Shown in pieces: positions 50,601-61,026 of a DNA stretch of 64,000 nt. Position 1 is the stretch's first letter, and the number at the start of each line of letters is the position of its first letter. The notes beneath the pieces are model-generated. The model ran no database searches, was not told where the DNA came from, and was given only the letters and a program-made list of their open reading frames with translations. Source of the stretch: Oculina patagonica (Eukaryota); contig NC_135770.1 of assembly GCF_052425735.1 (NCBI RefSeq), positions 8,680,001 to 8,744,000 of the forward strand, given 5' to 3'. The translations under genes were made by a program, and so were the position numbers.

Positions 50601-53600
50601 CAACCCACCTTCCTTTGGGTCAACAATTGGAAGAGTTGCTAACAGGATTGCAAATGCAAAATTCACTCTTGATGGCAAAGAATACCAGCTGGCTGTCAAT
50701 AACCCACCAAACACCCTTCATGGAGGATGGATTGGATTCAACAAGGTTTGCATTCCTGAGGGACGGATCTATGGGATGCAGGGACTGCGCACCCCTTCCT
50801 CCCCCCAAAACTCCCTCTCCCCCAGAGATGACCTGCGTCTTTCTACTGCAACTGTTATTCTGAAAAAAAGTCAGTTATACCATTCCTTAGTACTGGTGCA
50901 CCCCCTGCTAAGAAAAAATCTTGCCCAGGGGGGTACTGCAGTATACATGACGGGGAGGTCCGACGTATTTTTTGGTTGAAATTTACACCCTCGGTATTTT
51001 TTGGTCAGATCCGTCATGTATTTTTTAGGTCTAAGTCTTTTGATTGAATAAATCAGTATCAAGGTGCTAGTCTGTAGGGGGATGCCAGGTATTTTGGGTG
51101 TAAAACCTATTTGTCGCAATATGAAGCTCCGTCGGACCCCGTCATGTATACTGCAAGTACCCCCTGGGAAATCTTGGATCCACCCTTGCTTTGTTTAGTG
51201 AGCTACTGCATCTAATATTATTAAAATGATAAGCTAGATTAAACCTTTATCTCTCTGGACTACAATCATTGTTAATAAGTTAACTATTGACAAATATTAT
51301 TGTGTAGGGTTTCTTATTGGGAAGATTGAAAAACAGTCATTAAAAAGCACCATGTGGCTTGATAGCTTTATTTTTGAATGGTTTGAATATTATACATGTG
51401 TGCTAAGGTTTCATCCGCAGATTTGTTTATTTTGAAAGGCAGATCTTCCTTAAGATCTGTTAAGAATTTGAGTGAATTTAATATTTTTTCAAGTGCACAT
51501 TACAATTTCCAATTGCCATTTTACCGCAATGTATGTGATGGTGCATATCATCAAAAAACATTCTATATAGTAGTATAGTATGGAGGTTTTTAAATTTCAT
51601 TATGACAATATAATTATATTAATTAAACCAAGGGAGGTGGGGTTTTCGGGATTTCAATTGACCGGGATGATCGAAGGATTTTTGGGGGTTTGAAATTTTC
51701 AAAACCAGGATTTTTTGGGGTAGAAAAATTTGGCAAGGATATTTTTTTGGTTAAAAACAATCTTAAAGTTCGTGGACTTGGTGCCTTGGCTGCGTAGTTC
51801 TAGGTATAAGGTGAAACAAGCATCTTTGCTGTTTTTTATGGTTAGTGTTGCTTAACATTCCATGTGGGAATAAACTTTGCCATTGAAATTAAACTGGTAA
51901 TACAGTACTGAACAATAGTCTGCAAAGTGTTCCGGGATGTATCCAACAAGCTAGGCTTATTGGGGGAAACAGGCTTCCCATTTAGAAAAAGTGCTTAATA
52001 TTAAGAAGGGTGACAAAAATAATAAACATTTGTTCATGATAATTTTTTTACTCCTCAGCATAATTGGAAAGGCGTGGTTAAGGAGGACAGGAAGGTTCGA
52101 TTTACCTACATAAGTCCTGATGGAGATGAGAATTACCCAGGAGAGCTGACGACACGGGTTTCATTTACCCTCACTGATAACAATGAGGTCAAACTCTACT
52201 ACAAAGCTACAACAAAGGCTCCGACCATTGTCAACTTAACCAATCATGCCTACTTCAATTTGGCTGGTCAGGTACAAGTGGTGTCTTAATTTTCAGTTGG
52301 CTTTATTTTCCTGCATGTATTGACTTTTTCAATTTAACACTCCAAACTTGTTATGTTCAATAATTTATTATGAGTAAACGTCAAAAGCACACCTTTCCAA
52401 TACCTCACTCACTCACCCCCACCCCCTTCCAATGTGCCCCACCAAACACCCCCTTTTTAGCCCCACCAAGCAGCCCTCTTCAGGCCACACGAAGCATTCC
52501 TCTTGTAAACCCCACTAACCTCCCCTCTCTCTTATGAAGCTCCACCCAGTACCCCAGGGGAGTACGGGGTGATCGAATGATTTTCTTAGGTTACAAATTT
52601 TCGATTCTTGGATTTTTGGGGGTAGGTATTTTTAATTTTTATTTATGTAGGGATTTTTTTGGGGTATTGAAAACAGTGTTAAAGAGAAAAAAGACTGAAG
52701 TACAAATGTAGGACACTGCTCTTGTGCAGCATCTGTCAGAGATCAATATAAGAAGCTGAAAATATTAAATCCCCTTTAAATAGAGTGTGCGGTGTTTTTA
52801 GTCTTTAGTCGGTGATTCACAACAGGTCCCCTGCCTGAGCTCCAGCGGGTGTCGGCATCATGTTGAGAGCCCTGCTCTTAACCCGACCCCCCTGTACAGT
52901 ATCGCAAGATTTGAGCAATTATGATGCAAAAACAAAATGGAATTTCTGTGTTATTTTTAGCTGAGCTTCACAGCGGCCCGAAGGGCCGCAGAGCGGAGCC
53001 CCATACCCATAGAAAATCGACAGAAATAGGAAAACTATGAACTTGAGTTTACATGGTCATCATGGCTAGTCGGCATGGCTCGCGGGCGCGTCCATACATA
53101 CATGTATACGTCGCCCACTTCAGAAAGTAGATAAATGCTAACATCTTTGATACTGGGCATCCAAGTTATGGTCAATTGACAGCTGTCATTACAAGGTGTC
53201 CGCTGACCAGTATCACATGACTATATCGCGGGCTCAGGTGTATAACTCATCGAGGTGACGAGTTTCCTTATAAAGTTGTCCGCTGACCGTAAAATGGTTT
53301 TCTATTGGATCGCAGGCTCAAGCCCTATTTTTTTTATGTCCATGGTCAGTATGAAGATTGAGAAATTAAATAAAGGGCAAAGTAAATTATCGGGGAGCTC
53401 CGCTTTTAGGCTTGGCTAAATCTATTTATAGTGAATTTAATGTTGACACGTGACCTGTATGTTACAAATTAGGTGGATCATGATGTTTTGGATCATGTAG
53501 CTCAGATTAATGCACCTACTTATTTGCCCACAAATGATGTTCAAATTCCTACAGGTACATGTTCATTGTTTGGTTTATTTATTTCATTTTATTTTGTTTA

Positions 53601-56510
53601 AATTTCATTCTGACATGTTATGTTATTTTAATTTTCATTATTATTTGTCTGCTCACTCAATCTGTTTGTGGCATGCCACTATCTCCTTTGCTTGAGATGC
53701 AGAACAATTAACTACTGACATTTTATTTATCATTGCAAAGTCTTTTTACATTGTTATTAGCTGTAGACTGCTTATGCTTGGATTGCCAAAATTTGTTGTT
53801 TCAACCTATTATTATCCATATGCTCAATTGCGTAAATTTACTGATCTAAAGAGCATTGGTAAATTATAATAGCCCAATAAAATTTTTTGATATATTAAAA
53901 TCAGCCTAAAACAAAGACCTCAGGACGAGGCCCCGGGGACTACTAATGGATAGAGTTTGTGGGGTATTCCCTGGAGCCTCATTGTGATGTTATTGTTTTA
54001 GACTGATTTTAAAATATCAAAATTGGGCTATTTTGGCAGGATCCTAGGTCTGCAATGCGTGCATAGAGACATCATTTTCATTTTCACATATTACTATAAC
54101 AGTATTTAGGAGATGTGCATTGGGAAATGAACAATGGGGAAAATTTCATAAACAAGAAAGGTGTTTCATCCTGTAGTGCTACATAATCATTTCTATTCAA
54201 TTAATGTTTAGGTGAAGTGTGCTCAGTTTCCAGTCCAAATAGCGCTTTTGATTTCACCAAACCCAAGCCCATTGGACAAGACATAGACAAAGTTGGAGGC
54301 TATGATCACAACTACTGTCTGCCAAAGAGCAAGGAATTCTGTGCAGAGTAAGTGCATGTACCGGTAGTCAACAAAATTTATCTGTATCCTACTTTGAACT
54401 ACAGAGGCCTAAGGATTATACTTTGTGTCCCAGACTCCGGATCAAGCGGTCCAGGTGGGGCTAGCAGGGCACTAGGTTACCTAGTGCCCTAGCTAGCATA
54501 GCATAGGTGTGTTTTGGGCAAGACACTTACTCTCATAGTGCCTTCTCCACCCAGGGCGAGGCGTACAATGGGTACCGGTGCATAGGGAGTGCATACCTTC
54601 CTAAACTTTAGGAAGGTTCATGTTTGCACTACTGGTGTCATAGCATCTTGTTGTTGTCATGCTGACAATAAAAGGCAACAGTTTGAAACATTTTATATGG
54701 AGTAATTCACTAAAACCAAATACAGTAGTTATGTAGCTATGTTGGTCAGAATGAGTCTGTGAGCCTCAGTCAAAATTCTGAGCAAACATTTGTTGAGACG
54801 TTCTCTGACAAGAATTGAAAAACAGTGTTCTCTACCGCTATCACGAGAACTATGCAGCAGTCTCAAGCATGTCAAATTTTGGAGACTACCAAGTATTGCG
54901 AGTGGCTTGAACTTTTCCTTGCAAGACTTAGCCCAGATTATAAGCTGTCAGTGGCAGCTTTGCATAAAGGGAACAGGTCTGCAGTGATTTATTATTGTTT
55001 AGCCACAAAGATTTTTGAGCTGGCTACTCAATATTAGATGCTCAGTTAAAAATGCTAAAGAAATGTCACTCAATGTAAGGTTATTTGTGAATGCGTGGGG
55101 GTGGGGGGGGGGAGGGGGGATTGCAAAGCATGTAAATCTCACTTGGGAAATCAATGCTTGCAGGCGTTTAATTTTCTGAGAAAAAGAGATTGCTTTTTGG
55201 TAGCCTGTATTGTTCTTGCTTTTGACGTTCCAGAGTGTACCATCCCTCAAGTGGGCGTGTTGTTAAAATGTTCACTGATCAGCCAGGGGTGCAGTTTTAC
55301 ACTGGCAATGGACTGGATGGCACCCCTGGCAAGGGAGGTGTGCCTTACAACAAGTATGGCGCCTTTTGCTTGGAGGCTCAGAACTACCCTGATGCCATTA
55401 ACCAGGTCAGATAAGCAAACAGAATTAAAATGTTATACATGTACGTATTCTTATATATCCCTGACACAATTACTCCTCAACCAATGAACTTATTTTCTAT
55501 CTTCATTTTGAATGAATAAATTAATATTATAAATTTGTCATTCTTTTTTTAATTTTTCATTTAAGAATGTAGCACCTACACACTGTAAAATATTGGGATT
55601 ATATCTAAAAGGCTGATAACTGGCATGGGGTTATTAATTTTACCAGCTAAGATAGGCCTTGTCTTTGATTGAAATTTCACTAGATCTTAGCTATGTCCCT
55701 GCTTATTACACACCTCTGTGACTGACCAATATAATTTTTATTTTTGTGTAGTTCCTCCCAATAATAATAAATTATTATCCATACATTGTACCTCCACCAT
55801 CAAAGACCCCCCCCCCAATTAGCTTCATACATTTCCTTAATTAAAAGTTTTTGGCCTTTGAGACCCCTCCCACCCCCAGGAATTTCCAATCCCTTCTGTG
55901 GGGTAGTATGGACATTTTCTGGGACTGCACATTTTAAATTTGAAGTGGGTGTATTTTTTTTCTTTGGGGATTATACACAAAGTTTTTTTGATCAAAAATT
56001 ACCTGACTCACTGCATTTGTAGCTCAGGTGAGTATGCAAGTTTGAGACACTACAAAGCAAAATTAGAGAATCTTATAATCATTTACTAAATATGCTCCAT
56101 GATTTAAAACAGAAAATCCTGCGCTTCCCAACGCTTTATACCTCTACGAATCAGAAAGAGCCGCCATCTTAAAGCGAAAGACCCGGGAACGAGGGTGTCG
56201 GGCGCGGCCAGCCCGACAGGCAACATTAACAAATCACCGGTTCAAATAATCCACTCCTTACTTATAACACCCCCCCCCCCTCCCCAACCCAGAGCTGGCG
56301 AGGCCCGCGAGTCACGTATTACTAGTTTAAAACAGAAAATTGATTATCTGACCTCCACCCCTTCCTGCACCTGACTAGAATAAGATCATCATTTTTTAAT
56401 TTGATTCATTGTTTATGTTTTAATTACAGCCAAACTTTCCAAGTCCTATTCTGCGCCCTGGAGAAACCTACAAACAGAAAACAGTCTACAAATTTGACGT
56501 GAAGAAGTGA
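47638..56510 (+). CDS. GALM: Galactose mutarotase (aldose 1-epimerase), 8 exons, 341 aa: 47638-47777, 49021-49067, 50591-50745, 52059-52271, 53473-53554, 54212-54347, 55234-55405, 56430-56510
   Basis: All introns are GT-AG and phase-compatible; total 1026 nt. Motifs [32 protein letters not shown] (catalytic His), [29 protein letters not shown] (catalytic Glu) and LRPGETY. Confidence 0.97.
48466..48727. mobile_element. MITE in GALM intron 1
   Basis: TIR ATGCACCTGTCAAT.TTAAGCCCCAGG / CCTGGGGCTTAACATTGACAGGTGCAT. Confidence 0.8.
49110..49288. mobile_element. MITE in GALM intron 2 (related copy at ~55746-55931)
   Basis: Imperfect TIR TGTGTAGTTCC..TATCCATAC / GTATGG.CATTTTCTGGGAC..CAC; both copies share CCCCAGGAATTTCCAATCC.TTCTGTGGGG. 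Confidence 0.7.
49373..49548. mobile_element. Tc1/mariner (pogo-like) MITE
   Basis: TA TSD; perfect TIR CAGTGGAACCCCGATATAACGAT; internal ATCGTTATATCG repeats. Confidence 0.9.
49615..50195. mobile_element. Long palindromic MITE (~230-bp arms)
   Basis: AATTGG.CGTTCC.AG.TTGCGCAGGGAACTGGGG... pairs with ...CCCCAGTTCCCTGCGCAACCTTGGAACGACCAATT. Confidence 0.85.
50924..51168. mobile_element. CCC-terminated MITE nested in a GG..GGATC-terminated MITE (~50759-51186)
   Basis: TIR CCCAGGGGGGTACT.CAGTATACATGACGGGG / CCCCGTCATGTATACTGCAAGTACCCCCTGGG. It splits the host end AAAATC|TTGGATCCACCC; a host-family copy lies at ~62899-63162. Confidence 0.75.
52955..53428. mobile_element. Interspersed non-autonomous element in GALM intron 4
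   Basis: Hairpin GCGGCCCGAAGGGCCGC; terminal inverted motifs TTTAGCTGAGC..AGCGGAGCCCC / GGGGAGCTCCGCT..GCTTGGCTAAA. Confidence 0.6.
54430..54582 (+). mobile_element. Degenerate SINE fragment in GALM intron 6
   Basis: GACTCCGGATCAAGCGGTCCAGG head remnant and TGGGCAAGACACTTACTCTCATAGTGCC..CCACCCAGG..AATGGGTACCG core. Confidence 0.65.
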
Positions 56511-57699
56511 GCCAGAAATCAATGGAATAAACTGAAGCTGTACTGTCCTAATATTAAACTACAGCTCGGTTCATTTTTTAAAGATAACAATAAATAGGTA
56601 ATATAGGTATTATTAATTAATAATAAAGGAAGTGAATTAAGATAAGGGACTGTCTCTAATGAGAATAAAACAGCAATTTTTATGTGAAGGGAATCATTTT
56701 TTGTAAAGGGACTGTACATGTAGTTTGACTACATGATACATGTTTTGTACTAGCAGGTCTTTTTAAAGTCTGTTTTGAAAAACGAGGGGTACAAAGTGCC
56801 TTAACTTAAAAACTGGGGTTACATTTATATTGGTTAGAAATATTAATATAAGTTGCGCAGAGTGAGGGAAAATGGGCAAAATTGTTAATGGTGCTGGGTA
56901 GAATACATGATTGTACTCTGTAATTTGAAACAGATACAATAAATAGTTTATGGACATTGAAAAGCAGTGTAGTTTATTTGGATGTTTTAGTCTGTACCAT
57001 GTTCTTGTATAATGTGGGAGGAGCATACACATGTAATTTTTTCAAACACCAAGAGATGTATCAGACTGTTAAATATATAAAAGTAATACGAAATTGTCAA
57101 ATAACCAGTAAGGAAGTACATTCAATCCTGGGCATAGGGCTGATCGAGAGACATTGAGACTCCACTTGAAAAAACCACACTCATGATGTAACTCTCCAGA
57201 GATCAACTTCTAACATTAATTGTTGTTTGTTTTTTTTTACGTTTTGCATACATGTGTTTGTGCACACATAAGCGGTTCCGGGCGGCGCGCCCCCGGGGCC
57301 CCCCCCCCCCCCCCCCCCCGGAACCAATCAGGGACACTGTGTAGATCTCTCCAGAGCTGCGTTACCAGTATGGTATGTTTGGTTAAATCTTAGAACTCTT
57401 GCAAGCAGAGAGAAGTCTGCTCTGTTCTGACAACTATCTGTTAGTCTGTGAGAAGGCTCCCCGTCTTGGCTCCAAAAAAAAACAAAAATTTTTCCAAGGG
57501 TCAGACAGCTTAGAGTACAATTTACTACACCTGTATGATGGATTTTGGAACAATATAATTTTTAATTAAAAGTTCTGCAAAACTTGTGCTATAATGTCAA
57601 CATTTAAATATCACCGGTATGAATGTGTAATGTAACTGCTGTGTTTGGTGTTTGTTGGTGTTTATTGTCACTAAAATTTAAAATAAACTACATCTCATT

Positions 57700-59430
57700 T
57701 TACTCCACTCTGTCACCTTCCTTATGTCCTGTAAAGGTCACTTCTCTCCTCACTTTAGAGAATGCCATTTTCATGCACTGTAATTCGTGATCTCTGAAAA
57801 CAGACAGATCCTTATTTTTTAGCGCTTTCTCCATTGCATCAAATATTAACGTTGTTTCAAAGCTGCACTTAGAGAATACAGATGCCAACTCTGGAATAAG
57901 TTCAGGTTTATGTTCCAGCAAGTTTCTATCCAAAACTTCCCTTTCCATCTTCTTGAATAATTTATATGAACCAGCTGACGCACAGCTGAATCCATGTAAA
58001 ACCATGCAAAGCTCTTTATCAGAGAAAATGCTGACATTGCACAAAACTTCCTTCTCGACCCTGCTAAAAAATCCTGAGTTAGAAACTGTAGACTTTCCAA
58101 GTGCCCAGACTAGCTGACTCAACTGTTCCACTTTGAAAAACCTCAAATCCCTGGACAGGATTTCCTCTTGGCATGCATTGAAGAGATTGGCACTAAAATG
58201 GCCTGACTCAGCAAAGGACCACAAAATAAGTGCCAATTCTTGATTTCTTAAATGTGAGATGCCTCGAAGATGGAGTTCTTCCTCCACAATATCAAAGATT
58301 GCGTCAACCTTTGAGCACATTTTGGCAAATGACCAAACTAACATTGAGAGTTCCTCAGTGTCATAACCCTGAACACCTTGTTGTATTACTTGAGCACCTA
58401 AGCTGTCAAAAAATTCAGTGCTTCCTTCAATGTCTGCGCCAGCTTTTGCAAATGACTGAAGTAATGTCTTGATACTGTAGTCACTAAGGTCCACCATTGG
58501 CCGCTTCAGAATCTCTTGTGCTGTGATTTGAAAGAGCCTGTCACATTGTACATCCTTCTGCGTGAATGACCACAAAAACTGTGCCAGCTGTGCACTGCTG
58601 AACTTTTTCACATCTCTAAGCAAAATTTCTTCTTGGAATTTTCCATACAGCTCCCTGCTTCCATTTCCAGTTTTGCTGAAAGACCACAATGCTCCAGCCA
58701 GTCCACGATTTTCAAAGTCACTCATCTTGAGTTGCCCCTCTAGAATTCTCTGCTCAACCAAAGTAAAAAACTGTGATCTTTTCAAATCAAGTGATGCAAA
58801 ACCATTCAGAAGCTGACAAATGGATGGTGCTCTGAATGAACTTGCATCTCGTCGCAAAATTTCCTTTTCGCATTCAGAAACAAACCATGCGACATGCTCC
58901 CTTAACTTTCCCAAGGACCAGATAATGCTGGCAAGGTCACGAGCCTTGCACCTATCAAGCTCGGCTGCTATACTGTTAAGCAAAACAATGAAAACATGTT
59001 TTTGCTTTTTCAATGCCTTTTTTGTAGAAACAAAGTTCTTCTTTGGTGGACTAACAGCAAACCTGGCTAGATGGTGCAGAATAGTTATTCGATTCACTTG
59101 TGTCATCCCAGCTGAATCCTTGAAATTATCATACAAATAGAGATATTCATCTGCAGTCCTTACAGCTGTGATATTCTTAGCAAGAGCCTTCACAGTAACA
59201 GAGTTGAAAGCGCAAGGGACTATAATTGGCAAGGATAGCCTTGCATTTTCACTTGTGACTCCTTTAAGCTGTGCTGTTTTGTACCACGGCAAGTAGCTCC
59301 CTGTGAAATACATGTACCTTGCTTGTGAGGAGAAACATTTCTCTGATTGTTTAAGAAGAGTGATTTGCCGGATGCTTTTTAGTGAAGAGAACAATTCCGT
59401 CACAAAACGGAAGGACCTTAAGCTGTACAT
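57700..59430 (-). CDS. Putatively mitochondrial helical-repeat (OPR/FASTK-like) protein, 576 aa, single coding exon
   Basis: N-terminus is rich in R/S/K/F and poor in acidic residues (MYSLRSFRF...). About 11 repeats of ~38 aa with consensus F...EL..L.WSFAK......LF....EEIL.R. A 5'-UTR intron is predicted from donor 59924 to acceptor 59503; AATAAA on the minus strand at 57661-57666. Confidence 0.85.
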   Translation of the reverse strand: MYSLRSFRFVTELFSSLKSIRQITLLKQSEKCFSSQARYMYFTGSYLPWYKTAQLKGVTSENARLSLPIIVPCAFNSVTVKALAKNITAVRTADEYLYLYDNFKDSAGMTQVNRITILHHLARFAVSPPKKNFVSTKKALKKQKHVFIVLLNSIAAELDRCKARDLASIIWSLGKLREHVAWFVSECEKEILRRDASSFRAPSICQLLNGFASLDLKRSQFFTLVEQRILEGQLKMSDFENRGLAGALWSFSKTGNGSRELYGKFQEEILLRDVKKFSSAQLAQFLWSFTQKDVQCDRLFQITAQEILKRPMVDLSDYSIKTLLQSFAKAGADIEGSTEFFDSLGAQVIQQGVQGYDTEELSMLVWSFAKMCSKVDAIFDIVEEELHLRGISHLRNQELALILWSFAESGHFSANLFNACQEEILSRDLRFFKVEQLSQLVWALGKSTVSNSGFFSRVEKEVLCNVSIFSDKELCMVLHGFSCASAGSYKLFKKMEREVLDRNLLEHKPELIPELASVFSKCSFETTLIFDAMEKALKNKDLSVFRDHELQCMKMAFSKVRREVTFTGHKEGDRVE

Positions 59431-59924
59431 TTTAATATTCTAGACTTCTAGCAGATGTTGTGTTCTAGAATACAAATGTGAAACTCCCAGCTACCAGAGA
59501 CCCTGACAAACAGAAAAACAAACGTTACATTTATATTTACACTTGACATGTCTTATAGTCCTGCAGGGTGGTGGAGGGGATAATTGCTTGATCTTTAGTA
59601 CAACTAAACAACAAACTAAGAAAACTGTACCAAAACTCGCACGGGAATTTGACAGAGTTTGGAAACTACTTTCGATCAAGCTCTACTCATGCAACAAGGA
59701 AAACCATAATTTGGCGATACTAGGCTCGGAGGATGTGGCTATAATACATTAATTTGTGTTAGGAAGTACTTACTCAAAGCATTATGTCATAAAATTCGAA
59801 AAAAAGTCCCTGGATTACAAAGGTTATTTTTTCCCGTCGGTGCGCCGCCATCTTGGAAAACAACGCTGAGAACAGCCTGGGAACAAGATTGTAGTTTCGT
59901 TTCCAGTCCCAATCTTCTACTTAC

Positions 59925-60073
59925 CCGCGAAAGCCCGCGATACAAAAGCAGCGAACCATGGCTTCATGTACACCTAATGACAATCGCTTCGATTCGCCCA
60001 CTCCTAAATACTGTCTGAAAAGCGGCTGAAATTATTACTTTTTGATGGATCTGCAAACACACTAGACGCAAGC
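59925..60073. promoter_or_regulatory. Compact bidirectional promoter between the OPR/FASTK-like gene and AIDA
   Basis: The minus-strand donor (G|GTAAGT at 59924) and the AIDA ATG (60074) are only 150 bp apart in a CpG-richer segment. Confidence 0.6.
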
Positions 60074-60989
60074 ATGACTGAAAAGTCAAGAACGATAAAT
60101 CAGTGGTATGTTTCGTTTGAGAGAGGAAAGGATTTTGATTCCTGGGGCCAATTGGTCGAAGCCGCAGAAGAATACTCGAGGTAAAACTTATGCGTGTTAG
60201 GTTCATATGTCTTGATTGTTTGTTTTTCTCTTATTTCGCTAGTATATTTACTATAAGCTTTAGCTCATATACTTTTAGCTGTTTCAGCAATTGATTTAAT
60301 GATAAACGTTATTATGGTGTAGAGTTTCTCCGATCTAAAATCTTTGGATCCGATGAAGACCTCGATCGATTTTGTAAACTTTTTAGAAGTTTGATAAGGT
60401 TAAATAAGTATTATAAGAAAAAGAAAATCATCTTTCTTTCTCCCTAGCTGACTGGATCGTCATATGATTATTGGTGTAACTTATATTTCTTTACGGCAGA
60501 ATATTTTGTGTACGTTTTTTGTCTATAATTAATTATGGTATACTGCAAATTTTAATTTGATGCAAAGCAGACACGTAGTCTAGTCAGTAAACAACTGAGT
60601 ACAGAAACGATTTCTTTATTTTAATTGAGTAGCTAGATCTTATGGTTAAAATATTAAATATAACAACAGCGTATGTTTGTGTATAAATTTACCCGTTTTA
60701 AAATCAGCAGGCATGTAGTAATTCTGCAGGTTGCTTATTTTGAACTGATTTAGAATCATATCAGACTGTTGCTGGGAAAATAATAGAATTTGCAACACCA
60801 ATTTCACACTTCTTTAAATCCTTAAAGCAGGTGTCTTCCCTTTGTGATGACGATGTACCCTTTGTTTGTCATTCGGCATGTTTTATAAACATTCCGTGTG
60901 CTGCAGGTGATTTTGAGGAACCTCGCATACATTTCGCCTTTGTTGTTGCAGTGTGAATGCCGACATGGGAGATAGTCAGCAAGACTAAG

Positions 60990-61026
<37 letters not shown>

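Noticed and set aside
50584-50979. 131-aa ORF as a stand-alone gene
   Set aside because: It is GALM exon 3 (50591-50745) reading through into an intronic MITE.
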